Shown: positions 48,099 through 58,661, numbered from the stretch's first letter. The stretch: 64,000 bases of DNA from Candidatus Bruticola sp. (GCA_051874735.1 JBJEGD010000026.1:96001-160000); one strand, 5' to 3'. Translations and numbers: made by a program. The notes: generated from the sequence alone by a model not told the origin.

Positions 48099-49229
48099 AT
48101 GAAAATTCTCGATCGTTACATAATGGCGGAGATGGCCAGTCCGTTTTTATTTGGGGTTTGCGCCTTTACTTTGCTATTTTTTTCTGCTGAAACACTGATG
48201 GGCGTTGCCAAGATGATTTTAGAGTCTCAGGCTGGTGTAGGCATGGTCATTAAGTATCTTTTTAATCGCTTGCCTTATGTGCTGATCATGACTTTCCCTA
48301 TGTCTGCACTGCTTTCTGCTCTTATGGCGTATGGCCGTCTTTCCGGAGATAGTGAGGTTATTGCCCTGAAAGCCGGAGGCGTTGGATTCTTTCGCATATT
48401 TTTGCCAGGTTTTTTCTTCTGTTTTTTCATATCTATGATATCATTAGCTATTAACCAGTATTGGGTTCCGCCGGCTACTAAACAGGCTTACAACATGGTT
48501 ATGAAGCTGGAGGCTCCAGACCAAATTGAACGGGCTTTAATTACATCTCCGCGTTTGCTTTCTAATGGAGACGAACAACTTGTATATGCTCATGTACTTA
48601 ATGTGGGTGAGCAAACTATGAAGGGCGTTTATGTTCACTTCTTCCGCAATAATAATCGTTTGCGCGAAATGTATGCCAAAGAGGCGCGTTGGAATGCAAA
48701 ACTTCAAGTTTGGGAAGTTTTAGATATTGAAGCTCGTGATTTTAATCCTGTTACTGGCGAAGAGCGGTATGCTGTAAAAGGACAAACTGGTTGGACCGCT
48801 CTAGATAAGGGCGACTCTCCAGCCAGTCCGGATTTATTGGCTCAGCGCAAACTTCGTCCGGAAGAAATGACCGCTCAAGAGCTATCAGCTTATCTTAATT
48901 CTTTACCTCCTATAGAAAAAACTAATCCGGAGGAGTACCGCAAACGCAATAAATATAAGGTTATGTATCATCAGAAGATATCTTTACCTATGAGCTGTTT
49001 AGTGTTCGGGGCTTTTGCTATTCCCTTAGGGCTGCGTCCGCAGAGAACTAGCACCTCCATTGGTTTCGGCCTTTCGTTGTTTTTTATTCTGCTCTATTAT
49101 GTCTTTATGACTATCGGTATGATGCTGGGAGAAAACGGCACTGCTGCTCCATGGCTGGCAGCTTGGCTTCCTAACATCATTTTTGCTGTAGTAGGGGTAA
49201 GTTTTGTAGCCGACGCCTCAAGAAAATAA
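48099..49229 (+). CDS. LptF/LptG family LPS export permease
   Basis: MKILDRYI, RLSGDSEVIALKAGG, IPLG, AAWLPN. Confidence 0.92.
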   Translation: MKILDRYIMAEMASPFLFGVCAFTLLFFSAETLMGVAKMILESQAGVGMVIKYLFNRLPYVLIMTFPMSALLSALMAYGRLSGDSEVIALKAGGVGFFRIFLPGFFFCFFISMISLAINQYWVPPATKQAYNMVMKLEAPDQIERALITSPRLLSNGDEQLVYAHVLNVGEQTMKGVYVHFFRNNNRLREMYAKEARWNAKLQVWEVLDIEARDFNPVTGEERYAVKGQTGWTALDKGDSPASPDLLAQRKLRPEEMTAQELSAYLNSLPPIEKTNPEEYRKRNKYKVMYHQKISLPMSCLVFGAFAIPLGLRPQRTSTSIGFGLSLFFILLYYVFMTIGMMLGENGTAAPWLAAWLPNIIFAVVGVSFVADASRK

Positions 49230-49395
49230 GCTTGTGATGTCCAATAGCTAAACTGTAAAAAATTATAGAAATATTTTATGTAAAAACGTTATATATTATG
49301 TAGTAACGTACAGGTATTCAAAGCCATTATAGGTTCGTTATTTTGTTTCTTATATGTGGGCGGGAGAGGCTTTATAGGTAGGAGCAGCGCAGACA

Positions 49396-50400
49396 GTGGA
49401 CTTTTTTTCTTGGCAAACCGTCATGAGAATTGCCTTCGTATATGCTTTAGTTTCGGCTGTAGCTGCTGGCATCGCCTATCTAGCCAATCAGTTGGGAAGG
49501 CATATAGGCAAGCGCAAGATGAGTATTCTTCATTTGCGTCCTCGCCATACTTCTATTTTAATAACCACAGTTACTGGCGTAGCTATAGCTCTTATAACTC
49601 TCACTGTATTTGCCTGCCTCTCAGAACCGGTGCGCAGTTTCCTTATTGGTTTGGAAAAGTTGCGTGCTGAAGAAACTAAGCTGAGACAGAGCGTTCTGTC
49701 TTTACAGAAAACATTAGCAGAAGGCAGCTTTGTTTGGCGTATAGATGAGCCTATTGTTCATATGACTATTCCTGGAGGTTTGCCCTATGAACGCACGCGT
49801 GCAGCTGTAACCAGCCTTTTGGCTGAAGCTAATGTGCGCACTATAATGCGGAATAACTCTATCGCCGCAGAAAAAGGTGATAAGCCGATCCCAGTAAGCG
49901 ATGTCCTTATTGATTACGATCCTGAACAAGTGGAAGATATAATTAGTTCCATATCTAGTGAGCAAGGTTTTATAGGCTTGAGAGTTTTGGCTTCGCAGAA
50001 TAGTCTGTACGCTCATAAAGCTCCACTTCGTTTGGAATCTTGGAAAGTTCGTAAAGTTTTTTCTGAGGGTGAAATAGTTTCGAAAAGAGAAATGGACACT
50101 CAGCAGGCTGGTTTGGAATTTCTAAAATTTATTGAAGACACCAGGCAAAAAGCGATATCTAAGGGAATGCGTCCGATTGACGGTGAATTAGGAGGCGAAC
50201 TTAACAATGATGACTTTGAGCGGCTGCAAAAAGATATAAGCCGGGAAAAAGGTAGATTCGAAGTGGTAGCTGTAGCTAATCGTGATCTTTACGAAACCAG
50301 TAGCCTGGATGTACGGGTGGAAGTGCATAGTTTGGAACTGCCATCCGATTCTAAGTCATCTAACGGATTTGATAGCAGCGGAGAGGAAGCTTATTATTGA
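49396..50400 (+). CDS. DUF3084 domain protein
   Basis: IAYLANQLGRHIGKRKMSILHLRPRHTS signature; typical position after lptF/G. Confidence 0.85.
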   Translation: MDFFSWQTVMRIAFVYALVSAVAAGIAYLANQLGRHIGKRKMSILHLRPRHTSILITTVTGVAIALITLTVFACLSEPVRSFLIGLEKLRAEETKLRQSVLSLQKTLAEGSFVWRIDEPIVHMTIPGGLPYERTRAAVTSLLAEANVRTIMRNNSIAAEKGDKPIPVSDVLIDYDPEQVEDIISSISSEQGFIGLRVLASQNSLYAHKAPLRLESWKVRKVFSEGEIVSKREMDTQQAGLEFLKFIEDTRQKAISKGMRPIDGELGGELNNDDFERLQKDISREKGRFEVVAVANRDLYETSSLDVRVEVHSLELPSDSKSSNGFDSSGEEAYY

Positions 50401-50798
50401 TAGTCTTATCTGTAGATCCGGGCAGCAAAAAATGTGGAATAGCTGTTGTGTCTTCTCGTGATGGGGTACTTGAACATACAGTAGTGGCTGTAGGAGCACT
50501 GAGTGAATCTTGTGCCGAATTGGGTACCCGTTACCAGTTCGATCATATCATTGTTGGTGGTAGTACTGGTTCGTCTAATACTGTATCGGTTTTAAAGCAG
50601 ACATTAAAATGTAATGTCTCTGTGGTTAATGAAGCTCACTCCACAGAAAGGGCTAAGTTGCGCTATTTTGAAGATCATCCTCCTAAAGGGCTGTGGCGTT
50701 TGATACCTTTGAGCCTGCAGGTTCCTTCCGGACTTTACGACGACTACGCGGCTATAGTTCTAGCCGAAGATTTTATCGCTTCTAATGGCGCTGGTTGA
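50397..50798 (+). CDS. RuvX/YqgF RNase H-fold nuclease
   Basis: VDPGSKKCGIA, VNEAHST, DDYAA. Confidence 0.85.
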   Translation: MIVLSVDPGSKKCGIAVVSSRDGVLEHTVVAVGALSESCAELGTRYQFDHIIVGGSTGSSNTVSVLKQTLKCNVSVVNEAHSTERAKLRYFEDHPPKGLWRLIPLSLQVPSGLYDDYAAIVLAEDFIASNGAG

Positions 50799-50864
50799 TA
50801 TCTTATTTTAGAACAAAAAACGAATTGAAACTTTTCGCTTGCGGAGAGGGCGGAGTTTTTTTTA

Positions 50865-52937
50865 GTGTACAGAGGTGCTAAAGTGCATTTTAAAGAGAAA
50901 AATACGGGGTACAGTTTCTCATTTGGTTCAAAGTTTGGCAGAAGAGTGGCGTTTTTTTGTTCTCTTTTAGCCTTAGGAGGGACAGCGCAGGCTCAATCTG
51001 TCAATCCTTCCATTGATAATACCGCTAGTCCAAATTTTTATCGTCAACAATCGGCGGTTTACGAGAAATGTGATGAACTTTTGGCCTCTGCTGAACAGCC
51101 GGAAATACAGTTGCGTGTTAATAAGAAAAACACACCTGCCGCTGTGGGAACCCCTGAATACAATTATCAGCTGGCTAAGAAGTATTACGATGAAAAAGTT
51201 TATTATAAAGCTATTAAATTCTTTACTCAGGCGGCCGAAGGCGGTCATATTGAAGCACAGAGTTTCTTAGGAAGATGCTATTATGAAGGCAGTGGGGTTG
51301 AACGCGATTACTATAAAGCTGCAGAATGGCTTTCTAAAGCTGCCGATCAAGATGAACACCTTGCTCAGTACTACATGGGTATGTGCTACGAAAGTGGTTT
51401 AGGGGTAGAACAAAGTTTCGATTCTGCAGTTAGTTATTATGAGAGAGCGGCGTTCGGCGGTGTCCCTGAAGCTCAAAATGCTTTGGGGCGCTACTATTAC
51501 TTTGGCCGGTGGGTAGATCGCGATTATCATCAGGCTGCTGAGTGGTTTTTGAGAGCTGCAAATCAGAAGCTTCCCAATGCCATGTATAATTTAGGGGTTT
51601 GCTACGATTTAGGGCAGGGAGTAGAAAAAGACCCGCAAAAAGCTGTCGATCTTTATTTTAGAGCAGCCAACGCTGGTGAGGCCAGTGCGCAGTGCAATTT
51701 GGGCATGTGCTATAGCTCCGGATCGGGCGTAGAGAAAAATTTAAATAAGGCTTTTTTATGGTATCAGCGAGCAGCCGCTAGTGGCAATATTAAGGCTCAA
51801 AATAATTTGGGAGTATGCTACAAAAACGGTGAAGGCGTGCAGCGTAATCCGCGCGAAGCTGCCCGCCTTTTTATAGCTGCTGCTGATCAAGGTTTGGCTG
51901 GAGCTCAATATAATGCTGGTTGGTCTTATTTAAATGGTTTCGGCGTCGGACGCGATTACAAAAAGGCTTTTGAGTATTTCTCGAATGCTGCAGCTCAAAA
52001 TTATCCTAAAGCTCAGCTTCAATTAGCTAACCTTTATTATAAAGGTTGCGGTACTGAACAAGATTATACTGAGGCTGTTCGGTGGTATACTATGGCTGCT
52101 AATCACGGTATACCCTCTGCTAAGTACTATTTAGCACGTTGCTATGCTCTAGGTCAGGGTGGGACCAAAGATTTAGGTAAGGCTGTTGAATTTTACACTG
52201 AAGCTGCTGAGGGAGGCGATGGGGAAGCGCAAACTCAGTTGGGACTCTGCTACAGAAACGGCATTGTCGTATCCCAGGATTACGCTGAAGCTGCCAAATT
52301 GTTTGAGAAAGCTGCTGCCCAAAATATACCTGAAGCTCAGGCTTATTTGGGAGTAGCCTATCTTTTGGGAGAAGGTATTCAAGCCGATTATCAAGAGGCT
52401 TATAAACTTTTATCTAAAGCGGCTGACAGAGGAAATGCTTTAGCCGACTATGCGTTGGGTTGCATGTTCTATGAAGGGTTGGGAGTGCAGAAAAACTTTA
52501 GTAGAAGCATAAGTCATTGGAACAATGTGGCTCGCAGCGGTTATGCAGAAGCACAAAATAATTTAGGATACTGCTACTATTACGGACGGGCAAGCGAACA
52601 GAACGAGCAAAAGGCCCTGAAGTGGTGGCGTCGGGCAGCTGATCAAGGCTGGGCTAATGCTGAAAATGCCTTAGGTGTGGCTTATTTTACTGGAATAGTA
52701 GTAAACGTAAATTATCCGATTGCTCAGGAGTGGTTTAAAAAAGCGGCAGAGCACGGCGATCCTGAGGGAGAGAAGAATTTCGCCATAATGCAGGGGGCCG
52801 ATTTAGAGACGATGCCTACATTGACAGATCTTGTAAATCTGAAGTTCGATTATAGGCCTGCTTCCGAAATCGAAAAGTTTATTAAGACATATGAGGAACG
52901 GGTGAAAACAACGGAACAGACTGGAGAATCAAGTTAA
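50865..52937 (+). CDS. exported Sel1-like repeat protein
   Basis: Roughly 14-15 A..NLG.CY..G.GV..D...A..W...AA..G repeats; signal-like N-terminus. Confidence 0.93.
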   Translation: MYRGAKVHFKEKNTGYSFSFGSKFGRRVAFFCSLLALGGTAQAQSVNPSIDNTASPNFYRQQSAVYEKCDELLASAEQPEIQLRVNKKNTPAAVGTPEYNYQLAKKYYDEKVYYKAIKFFTQAAEGGHIEAQSFLGRCYYEGSGVERDYYKAAEWLSKAADQDEHLAQYYMGMCYESGLGVEQSFDSAVSYYERAAFGGVPEAQNALGRYYYFGRWVDRDYHQAAEWFLRAANQKLPNAMYNLGVCYDLGQGVEKDPQKAVDLYFRAANAGEASAQCNLGMCYSSGSGVEKNLNKAFLWYQRAAASGNIKAQNNLGVCYKNGEGVQRNPREAARLFIAAADQGLAGAQYNAGWSYLNGFGVGRDYKKAFEYFSNAAAQNYPKAQLQLANLYYKGCGTEQDYTEAVRWYTMAANHGIPSAKYYLARCYALGQGGTKDLGKAVEFYTEAAEGGDGEAQTQLGLCYRNGIVVSQDYAEAAKLFEKAAAQNIPEAQAYLGVAYLLGEGIQADYQEAYKLLSKAADRGNALADYALGCMFYEGLGVQKNFSRSISHWNNVARSGYAEAQNNLGYCYYYGRASEQNEQKALKWWRRAADQGWANAENALGVAYFTGIVVNVNYPIAQEWFKKAAEHGDPEGEKNFAIMQGADLETMPTLTDLVNLKFDYRPASEIEKFIKTYEERVKTTEQTGESS

Positions 52938-52942
52938 AATTC

Positions 52943-53515
52943 ATGGAACACGACTTAAGTTTATCTGAATTTGAAAAGATGCGTTTAGGATTGGTTTACG
53001 ATCCCTACGATGCCGATTTATTGCGCCGTCGTCAGCGTGCTCTCAGCTTAACTGAGCGTTTCAATGCGCTATCTCCTTTCAGCAGCAAAGATAGAGAGTT
53101 GATAGCTGCTGAGCTGTTTTCATCTATAGGAACGGAAACGTGTATTATGCCTCACTTCCATTGTGATTACGGAGAAAACATATGTTTAGGAAGCCGGTGC
53201 TATATTAATTACAATTGTGTTATGCTGGACTGTGCACCGATTTCCATAGGTGACAGTGTACTGATAGGCCCCGGGTGTGGATTGTATACGGCTGCTCATC
53301 CTTTAGAAAGCGAGTTGCGCCTTCAGGGAATTGAAACTGCTAGAGGCATCAGTATCGGCAATGGTGTGTGGCTGGGAGGAAACGTCACAGTGCTGCCTGG
53401 GGTGTCTATTGGAGAGTATTCTGTAATCGGCGCCGGGAGTGTGGTTACTAAAGATATCCCGCCTCATAGTTTAGCTTACGGAAATCCGTGTCGGGTGGTG
53501 AAAAATATACCTTAG
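52943..53515 (+). CDS. sugar O-acetyltransferase (Maa/LacA family)
   Basis: FHCDYGENI, INYNC, YTAAHP, GAGSVVTKDIP, GNPC. Confidence 0.92.
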   Translation: MEHDLSLSEFEKMRLGLVYDPYDADLLRRRQRALSLTERFNALSPFSSKDRELIAAELFSSIGTETCIMPHFHCDYGENICLGSRCYINYNCVMLDCAPISIGDSVLIGPGCGLYTAAHPLESELRLQGIETARGISIGNGVWLGGNVTVLPGVSIGEYSVIGAGSVVTKDIPPHSLAYGNPCRVVKNIP

Positions 53516-53609
53516 CCCGTCCTTACACTACATTTTGTATATATATTTACTAAAGCCGCATTGTGTAATATGCGGCTCAATTTTTTTGTTTGAGAGAATG
53601 TAATTTATT

Positions 53610-54320
53610 ATGCTGGTTGGTTCAATTACAAATGCTATTTCCGTTATTGTAGGATCCACCTTGGGATTGCTTTTTAGTAGAGGTATACCTAAACATTTTA
53701 ATAAAACTATTATGGGCGGATTGGGATTATGTTTGCTATACATAGGTATAAGCGGTTTAAGTTCAGGTAAACAGCCTCTGCTTATTATTATGTCCGTAGT
53801 TTTGGGAACTTTGACAGGGGAGGCTTTGCGTTTAAATGCACGATTAGAAAAGCTAGGAACTTTAATCGGACGTAAATTTGCTAAAAGCAGCGGGGAAGGG
53901 CGCAATTTCTCTCAAGGATTCATATCCGCTTCTTTATTTTATTGTATAGGATCGATGGCTTTTATGGGGGCCCTGCAGGACGGATTATGCGGCGATCATA
54001 AAATACTGTTCGCAAAATCGGCTATCGACGTTACTTCTTCTGTATTTTTTGCTTCTAGTATGGGAGCGGGAGTGGCTTTATCTGCCTTGCCTATTTTTCT
54101 GGTTGAGGGAGGAATCGCTGCCGGCGCAAGATTGGCAGCTCCATTTTTAACCACTGCAGCTATCGGAGAATTAAATTGTGTAGGATCGGTAATAGTGATC
54201 GGTATAGGGTTAAATATGCTAGATATTACTAAGCTAAAGATGGCTAACTACATTCCCGCTGTGTTTTTTCCATTTGTACTGATGCCTATTTTCAATTATG
54301 TTTCTACTCTGTTCCAATAA
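53610..54320 (+). CDS. DUF554 membrane protein
   Basis: GSITNA, CIGSMA.MGALQDG, AKSAID, ANYIP. Confidence 0.9.
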   Translation: MLVGSITNAISVIVGSTLGLLFSRGIPKHFNKTIMGGLGLCLLYIGISGLSSGKQPLLIIMSVVLGTLTGEALRLNARLEKLGTLIGRKFAKSSGEGRNFSQGFISASLFYCIGSMAFMGALQDGLCGDHKILFAKSAIDVTSSVFFASSMGAGVALSALPIFLVEGGIAAGARLAAPFLTTAAIGELNCVGSVIVIGIGLNMLDITKLKMANYIPAVFFPFVLMPIFNYVSTLFQ

Positions 54321-54372
54321 AAAAGGGAAGGAACTAAAATCCTTTTTTTTTGATTAGTTTTCCTTCTTTAGG

Positions 54373-54401
54373 TTGACTTCTGACTGGACTGTGGTGATAA
54401 T
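54373..54401 (+). promoter_or_regulatory. sigma70-type promoter TTGACT-N17-GATAAT
   Basis: Canonical spacing; the TGATAAT -10 matches the tandem small-gene promoters. Confidence 0.65.
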
Positions 54402-54530
54402 TGAAGCAAGGAATTAGAAGGGTTGGCGGAACTCAATCGAGTGTTGAAGCCAACTCGGAGGTGGCTGCGCTGCTTAGTGAGTCGCTGTAAGGGTGGCGTT
54501 GGCTTAAGTCTTCAGATGGTTGAGGGTCAG

Positions 54531-55628
54531 ATGATTTCACAGCAAGTTAATAATGGTATTAGTATTCAGTCCCTGCAGAGTGGGCAGGTTTCTTTCCAGG
54601 GAAAAACTGGAGTAACTCAGGCTTTGTCCGGTATCAGCAAGGGGTTGGTAGGTGCAGAGTCTGCATCAGCTTCTACCGGATCTAATTCCAGCGCCAGTTT
54701 AGAGGCCACAAGTAGTGTATCTAACTTGCTTGGAGTGAATTCTTCCGATACGGCTTCTTCTACTGACAACATAACTAGAGCTAATGAGAACAGGCAGGCT
54801 AACAGTTTTAATCCGTTAGATCCAGAAGGCAATGCCAATCGTGATATCGACGGTAGTTTCAGCGGTATTTCCGACTATTCTAGAGATTGGTTAGAGAGCG
54901 TGTTCAGCGTCTATCGCGATGAAAACAGCGGCCAGTCAGTAGCGCTTCAGAATTATTTAAACAGTTGCAACAGCGTTTTGAGCGATTTCGTGCCTACGAA
55001 GGTCGATCTGTTCTCCCAGCAGTATCAGAATTTGACTGGTATCAAACCTGGAAACGGCTTCGATCCTAGTGTTTCGTCGCAGAGTTGTCCTATGTGTGGA
55101 AGCTCCTTATCTAATTCTAAGCCCGGTTCGGTAGCCTACTTCCAGTCTACCGCTCCCACTTTTAGCAATGTAGAAATGTTTTTACCTCCTGCGGGTAGTT
55201 TCGGCTCTAAGAATATCGTGAATGGCGATTTGGATGTTTTTGGAGCTAATTCTATCGCTTATGAGGGGTTGGCTTCCCTCTATCAGAACAGTTTTACTAA
55301 TATAAATAATCAAAGTGGCGGCGTATCAGAAAGCATTCCTGGTTTCGATGCATCTGCTTATATGCAGCAGATTCAAGATATGTACGGTGAGGGGTATACC
55401 TCTATGGCCTCCGATTATATGGAGGCTTGCGGTTTGAGCAGTATTTCAACTGACGACATCAACGCTTATATGCAAGAGGTTCGAACTGCAGCTATGTCTA
55501 CTAGTCAGCTGGTTGAGAAGTATAATGCTCAGATGACCGACGGTATACTTTCCGACTCTGAGCTGCAGGCCATGTATGAAAAGGCTGTTTCCGCCAACGG
55601 TGTCTTTGCTAGTTCGTTCTTAGCCTAG
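54531..55628 (+). CDS. Ser/Gln/Asn-rich hypothetical protein
   Basis: ATG 54531 after GAGGG; low-complexity N-terminus, single CPMC; own promoter and terminator. Confidence 0.75.
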   Translation: MISQQVNNGISIQSLQSGQVSFQGKTGVTQALSGISKGLVGAESASASTGSNSSASLEATSSVSNLLGVNSSDTASSTDNITRANENRQANSFNPLDPEGNANRDIDGSFSGISDYSRDWLESVFSVYRDENSGQSVALQNYLNSCNSVLSDFVPTKVDLFSQQYQNLTGIKPGNGFDPSVSSQSCPMCGSSLSNSKPGSVAYFQSTAPTFSNVEMFLPPAGSFGSKNIVNGDLDVFGANSIAYEGLASLYQNSFTNINNQSGGVSESIPGFDASAYMQQIQDMYGEGYTSMASDYMEACGLSSISTDDINAYMQEVRTAAMSTSQLVEKYNAQMTDGILSDSELQAMYEKAVSANGVFASSFLA

Positions 55629-55670
55629 TTTATTGTAATATTAACTCTGAGCATAGTTCAGATTCATGAT

Positions 55671-55722
55671 GGCCCGTCTAACCACTAGGCAGTATTCACC
55701 TACAAAAGACGGGCCGTTTTTT
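55671..55722 (+). terminator. intrinsic terminator
   Basis: ggcccgtct/agacgggcc stem followed by a T tract. Confidence 0.7.
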
Positions 55723-55737
55723 GTGCTCTGCCAAAAT

Positions 55738-56418
55738 TTATTGGTTGTTATTGGGAGATTCAAATTTTAAGCAGCACATAAGGCGTCCGCAGGCTCCAGA
55801 TACTTTACCCGGCGCAAGAGGCATCTTTTGATTTTTAGCCATTTTTATTGAGACTGAAGAAAAATCGCGCAGCCAGGATGAACAGCACAAACGACGACAG
55901 CATACCCCGCGTCCCCCTACTAAAATAGCCCTGTCTCGCGGACCTATCTGGCGCAATTCGACTCTTTTTTTTAATCGGGCTGCTAAATCATGGACTAAAA
56001 CTCGGAAATCTATCCTTTGCTCTGCGTAAAATTCTATAATTATGCGAGTTCCGTCTAAGGTAATGTAAGCAGATAAAATATTCATAGGCAGATTGTGGTA
56101 AATAACTCTAGCTTTAATAATTTTTAAAGCCTGAGCTGCCTGCAGTTCTTGTTCTTTAGCTAAAACTATGTTTTCTTTGGAAGCTGCTCCAATTATGAGG
56201 CTGGGAGTGCTATGTTTATTTGTGTTGCTCAGTGTTTCTACTTTATTGGGCGAACTGTTAGCATAAACTGGCGGAGCAGCAGAAATTGTGCCTAGTTCTT
56301 TACCACGAGCACTTTCTGTGACAACTTTTTGATTTGGTTGGTAATCAGCCCCATCTATAGCTTCGAAAAAAGTCGGAGCTTTTATGGCAGGTAAAATAAC
56401 TTCATAATATTTTTTCAT
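55738..56418 (-). CDS. ricT: PSP1-domain protein (RicT/YaaT)
   Basis: RIDFRVLV, RVELRQIGPRD, GVCCRRLCC, SIKMAKNQ, SGACGRLMCCLKFE. Confidence 0.88.
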   Translation of the reverse strand: MKKYYEVILPAIKAPTFFEAIDGADYQPNQKVVTESARGKELGTISAAPPVYANSSPNKVETLSNTNKHSTPSLIIGAASKENIVLAKEQELQAAQALKIIKARVIYHNLPMNILSAYITLDGTRIIIEFYAEQRIDFRVLVHDLAARLKKRVELRQIGPRDRAILVGGRGVCCRRLCCSSWLRDFSSVSIKMAKNQKMPLAPGKVSGACGRLMCCLKFESPNNNQ

Positions 56419-56662
56419 AGTCAGAACTTTCGTTAAGCTTCTTATTAATTTCTGCTGTCAGCCGACAGGGGCGGTGACTAAAAATAATATATTCACTTTT
56501 TTAAGTTACAGCTAATTATATTATACAATTCTTCCGTTTTCGTGTTTCAGGTAGCCGCTGATAGTTAAAGTTTTTGCCTTAGGGCAGGGCCGCAGGGAGA
56601 GTAAGCTAGAACTATAAGCGCTGCTGAAAAATTGTTAGTATATTTGACGGAGGTTATATTTT

Positions 56663-58636
56663 ATGAGCAAGTATGCTACTTACGCTGCTATTGCTTTGGT
56701 TTTAGCTTTAGGAACTCCCTGCTTTTCTGCTCCCGATACTTCCAGTCGTGCGAAAAAAGTTGGCCAGATTAGCACTGATGCTTTTGTGCCCGATTCCAAT
56801 ATGTCCCGCAATCAAATTCCCGATCGTTACAAATGGAATTTGTCCGCTCTTTTTAAAAATGAGGCTGATTTTGAGGAGGCCTTAATAAAAACTAAAGAGG
56901 GAATAGAGTCTATAGCTTCTTATCGCGGTAAGCTGAGCAACAGCGATGCTCTATATAGCTGTATGCAAGCCTATTTCGATACGCGTCGTCTAGCCAATAG
57001 CGTAACTTTATATAGCAATTTGCGTTTAACTACCGATTTGCGCAACGCTCAGCTGCAGGATATGGATGCTAGAGCCCAGGCGGTGATGCGCAGTTTTATG
57101 GCTAATACAGCTTTTATTCGCGATGAACTTCTGAAAATAGATGATAAAGTAATTAAACAGGCCGTAGCTGATCATGCTTCTATGCAGGAATTTCTTCCTT
57201 GGATTCAAGGAGTACGCCGTCGTCAGGCTCACATTCTTTCTCCTGAAGAAGAGCGCATTCTCTCCTTAGCTGGGGATAACCAACTGGCTGAAATTGACTT
57301 AAATGAACTTCCTTCTGATTTCGAAAAAGCTTTTCAATCGCTTTATTCCGATATAAAGCTTCCGGTTATTCAAGATGAAAATGGCCAAGATGTACAGCTA
57401 ACCTTTTCTAATTACGGTAAGTACAGAGCTAGTAAAGATCGCCGAGTTCGCCAGGATACTGTTGAAAAGTTCTTTGCCGCTCTCAATGATTATCGCAATA
57501 CTTTTGCGTCTCTTATGTCCGGTCAGGTTCGCTTCTCATCCTTCTTGGCTCAGTCCCGCGGTTACGATTCTGCTTTGCAGGCTTACTTAGATAAAGATAA
57601 CATCCCGGAGCAAGTTTACCGCAATGTTGTGGATACCGTCAAAAATAATACAGAACCGCTGCATCGTTATATAGCACTGCGCAAGAAGGTTATGGGACTT
57701 CAGGACATACATCTTTACGATCTTTACACTCCCTTAGTTCCGACTGTGAGTCGCGATATCTCCTACGAAGAAGCCTGTCAGATTATTCCAAAAGCTTTGG
57801 CTCCTCTAGGTGAAGAGTATGTAAAATCGCTTACTTATGGTCTCGATTTGAAAAATGGTTGGGTTGACGTCTATCCTCATGCTGATAAAGACAGCGGGGC
57901 CAGCTGCGCCAGTATTTACGGCTGTCATCCTTTTGTAAAGCTCAACTACATGAATTCTTTTAATGATATGTCTACGGTGGCCCATGAGTTCGGCCACGCT
58001 ATGCACAGTAATCTTAACTACGCTAAGCAGAATTATAGTAATTCCGGATACGTGCCATTTGTAGCGGAAGTAGCTTCTACTTGCAATGAAAAGTTCTTAT
58101 CCGATTATCTTATAGCCAATGCTAAAGATGATGCTGAGCGTCTTTATTTGATCAATGAAATGCTCGATGCTATCAGGTCTACAATTTATCGCCAGGCTTT
58201 GTTCGCCGATTTTGAAATGCGTATCCACGAAGCTAGTGAAAAAGGACAGACTCTGACGGCTGACTTCCTCAATAAAACTTATGCTGATTTAATTCGGGAG
58301 TATTATGGGCCGGAGTTCACTATCGATGCTAATGACGGCATTGAGTGGGCTTACATTCCTCATCTTTATTACAAATTCTATGTATTCTCTTATGCTGCCG
58401 GTATGTCAAGTGGCATTGCTATTGCTGACAGGGTACATAATGAGGGGGCTCCTGCTCGCCAGGCTTACTTAGATATGCTCTCTAGTAGTTCTTCTACTCC
58501 TCCAGTTGAAATATTGAAGATAGCTGGTGTCGATCTCACTAAACCTGATGCTGTGAAATCAGCTGCCCAATTAATGGATAAACTTTTAGATGAGATGGAA
58601 GCTATTTTAATTAAGCAACATAAAATTGAAAAATAA
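56663..58636 (+). CDS. pepF: oligoendopeptidase F (M3B), with signal peptide
   Basis: YKWNLS, AHEFGHAMH, FVAEVAST, WAYIPH.YY.FYV.SYA. Confidence 0.92.
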   Translation: MSKYATYAAIALVLALGTPCFSAPDTSSRAKKVGQISTDAFVPDSNMSRNQIPDRYKWNLSALFKNEADFEEALIKTKEGIESIASYRGKLSNSDALYSCMQAYFDTRRLANSVTLYSNLRLTTDLRNAQLQDMDARAQAVMRSFMANTAFIRDELLKIDDKVIKQAVADHASMQEFLPWIQGVRRRQAHILSPEEERILSLAGDNQLAEIDLNELPSDFEKAFQSLYSDIKLPVIQDENGQDVQLTFSNYGKYRASKDRRVRQDTVEKFFAALNDYRNTFASLMSGQVRFSSFLAQSRGYDSALQAYLDKDNIPEQVYRNVVDTVKNNTEPLHRYIALRKKVMGLQDIHLYDLYTPLVPTVSRDISYEEACQIIPKALAPLGEEYVKSLTYGLDLKNGWVDVYPHADKDSGASCASIYGCHPFVKLNYMNSFNDMSTVAHEFGHAMHSNLNYAKQNYSNSGYVPFVAEVASTCNEKFLSDYLIANAKDDAERLYLINEMLDAIRSTIYRQALFADFEMRIHEASEKGQTLTADFLNKTYADLIREYYGPEFTIDANDGIEWAYIPHLYYKFYVFSYAAGMSSGIAIADRVHNEGAPARQAYLDMLSSSSSTPPVEILKIAGVDLTKPDAVKSAAQLMDKLLDEMEAILIKQHKIEK

Positions 58637-58661
58637 GTTTCTTTTTAGAAATTTTTAAAGC

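Noticed and set aside
49356-49670. Overlapping 104-aa ORF before DUF3084
   Set aside because: Out-of-frame overlap with a gene that has a recognisable family signature and its own RBS.
53528-53905. 125-aa antisense ORF
   Set aside because: Antisense shadow of the DUF554 gene.
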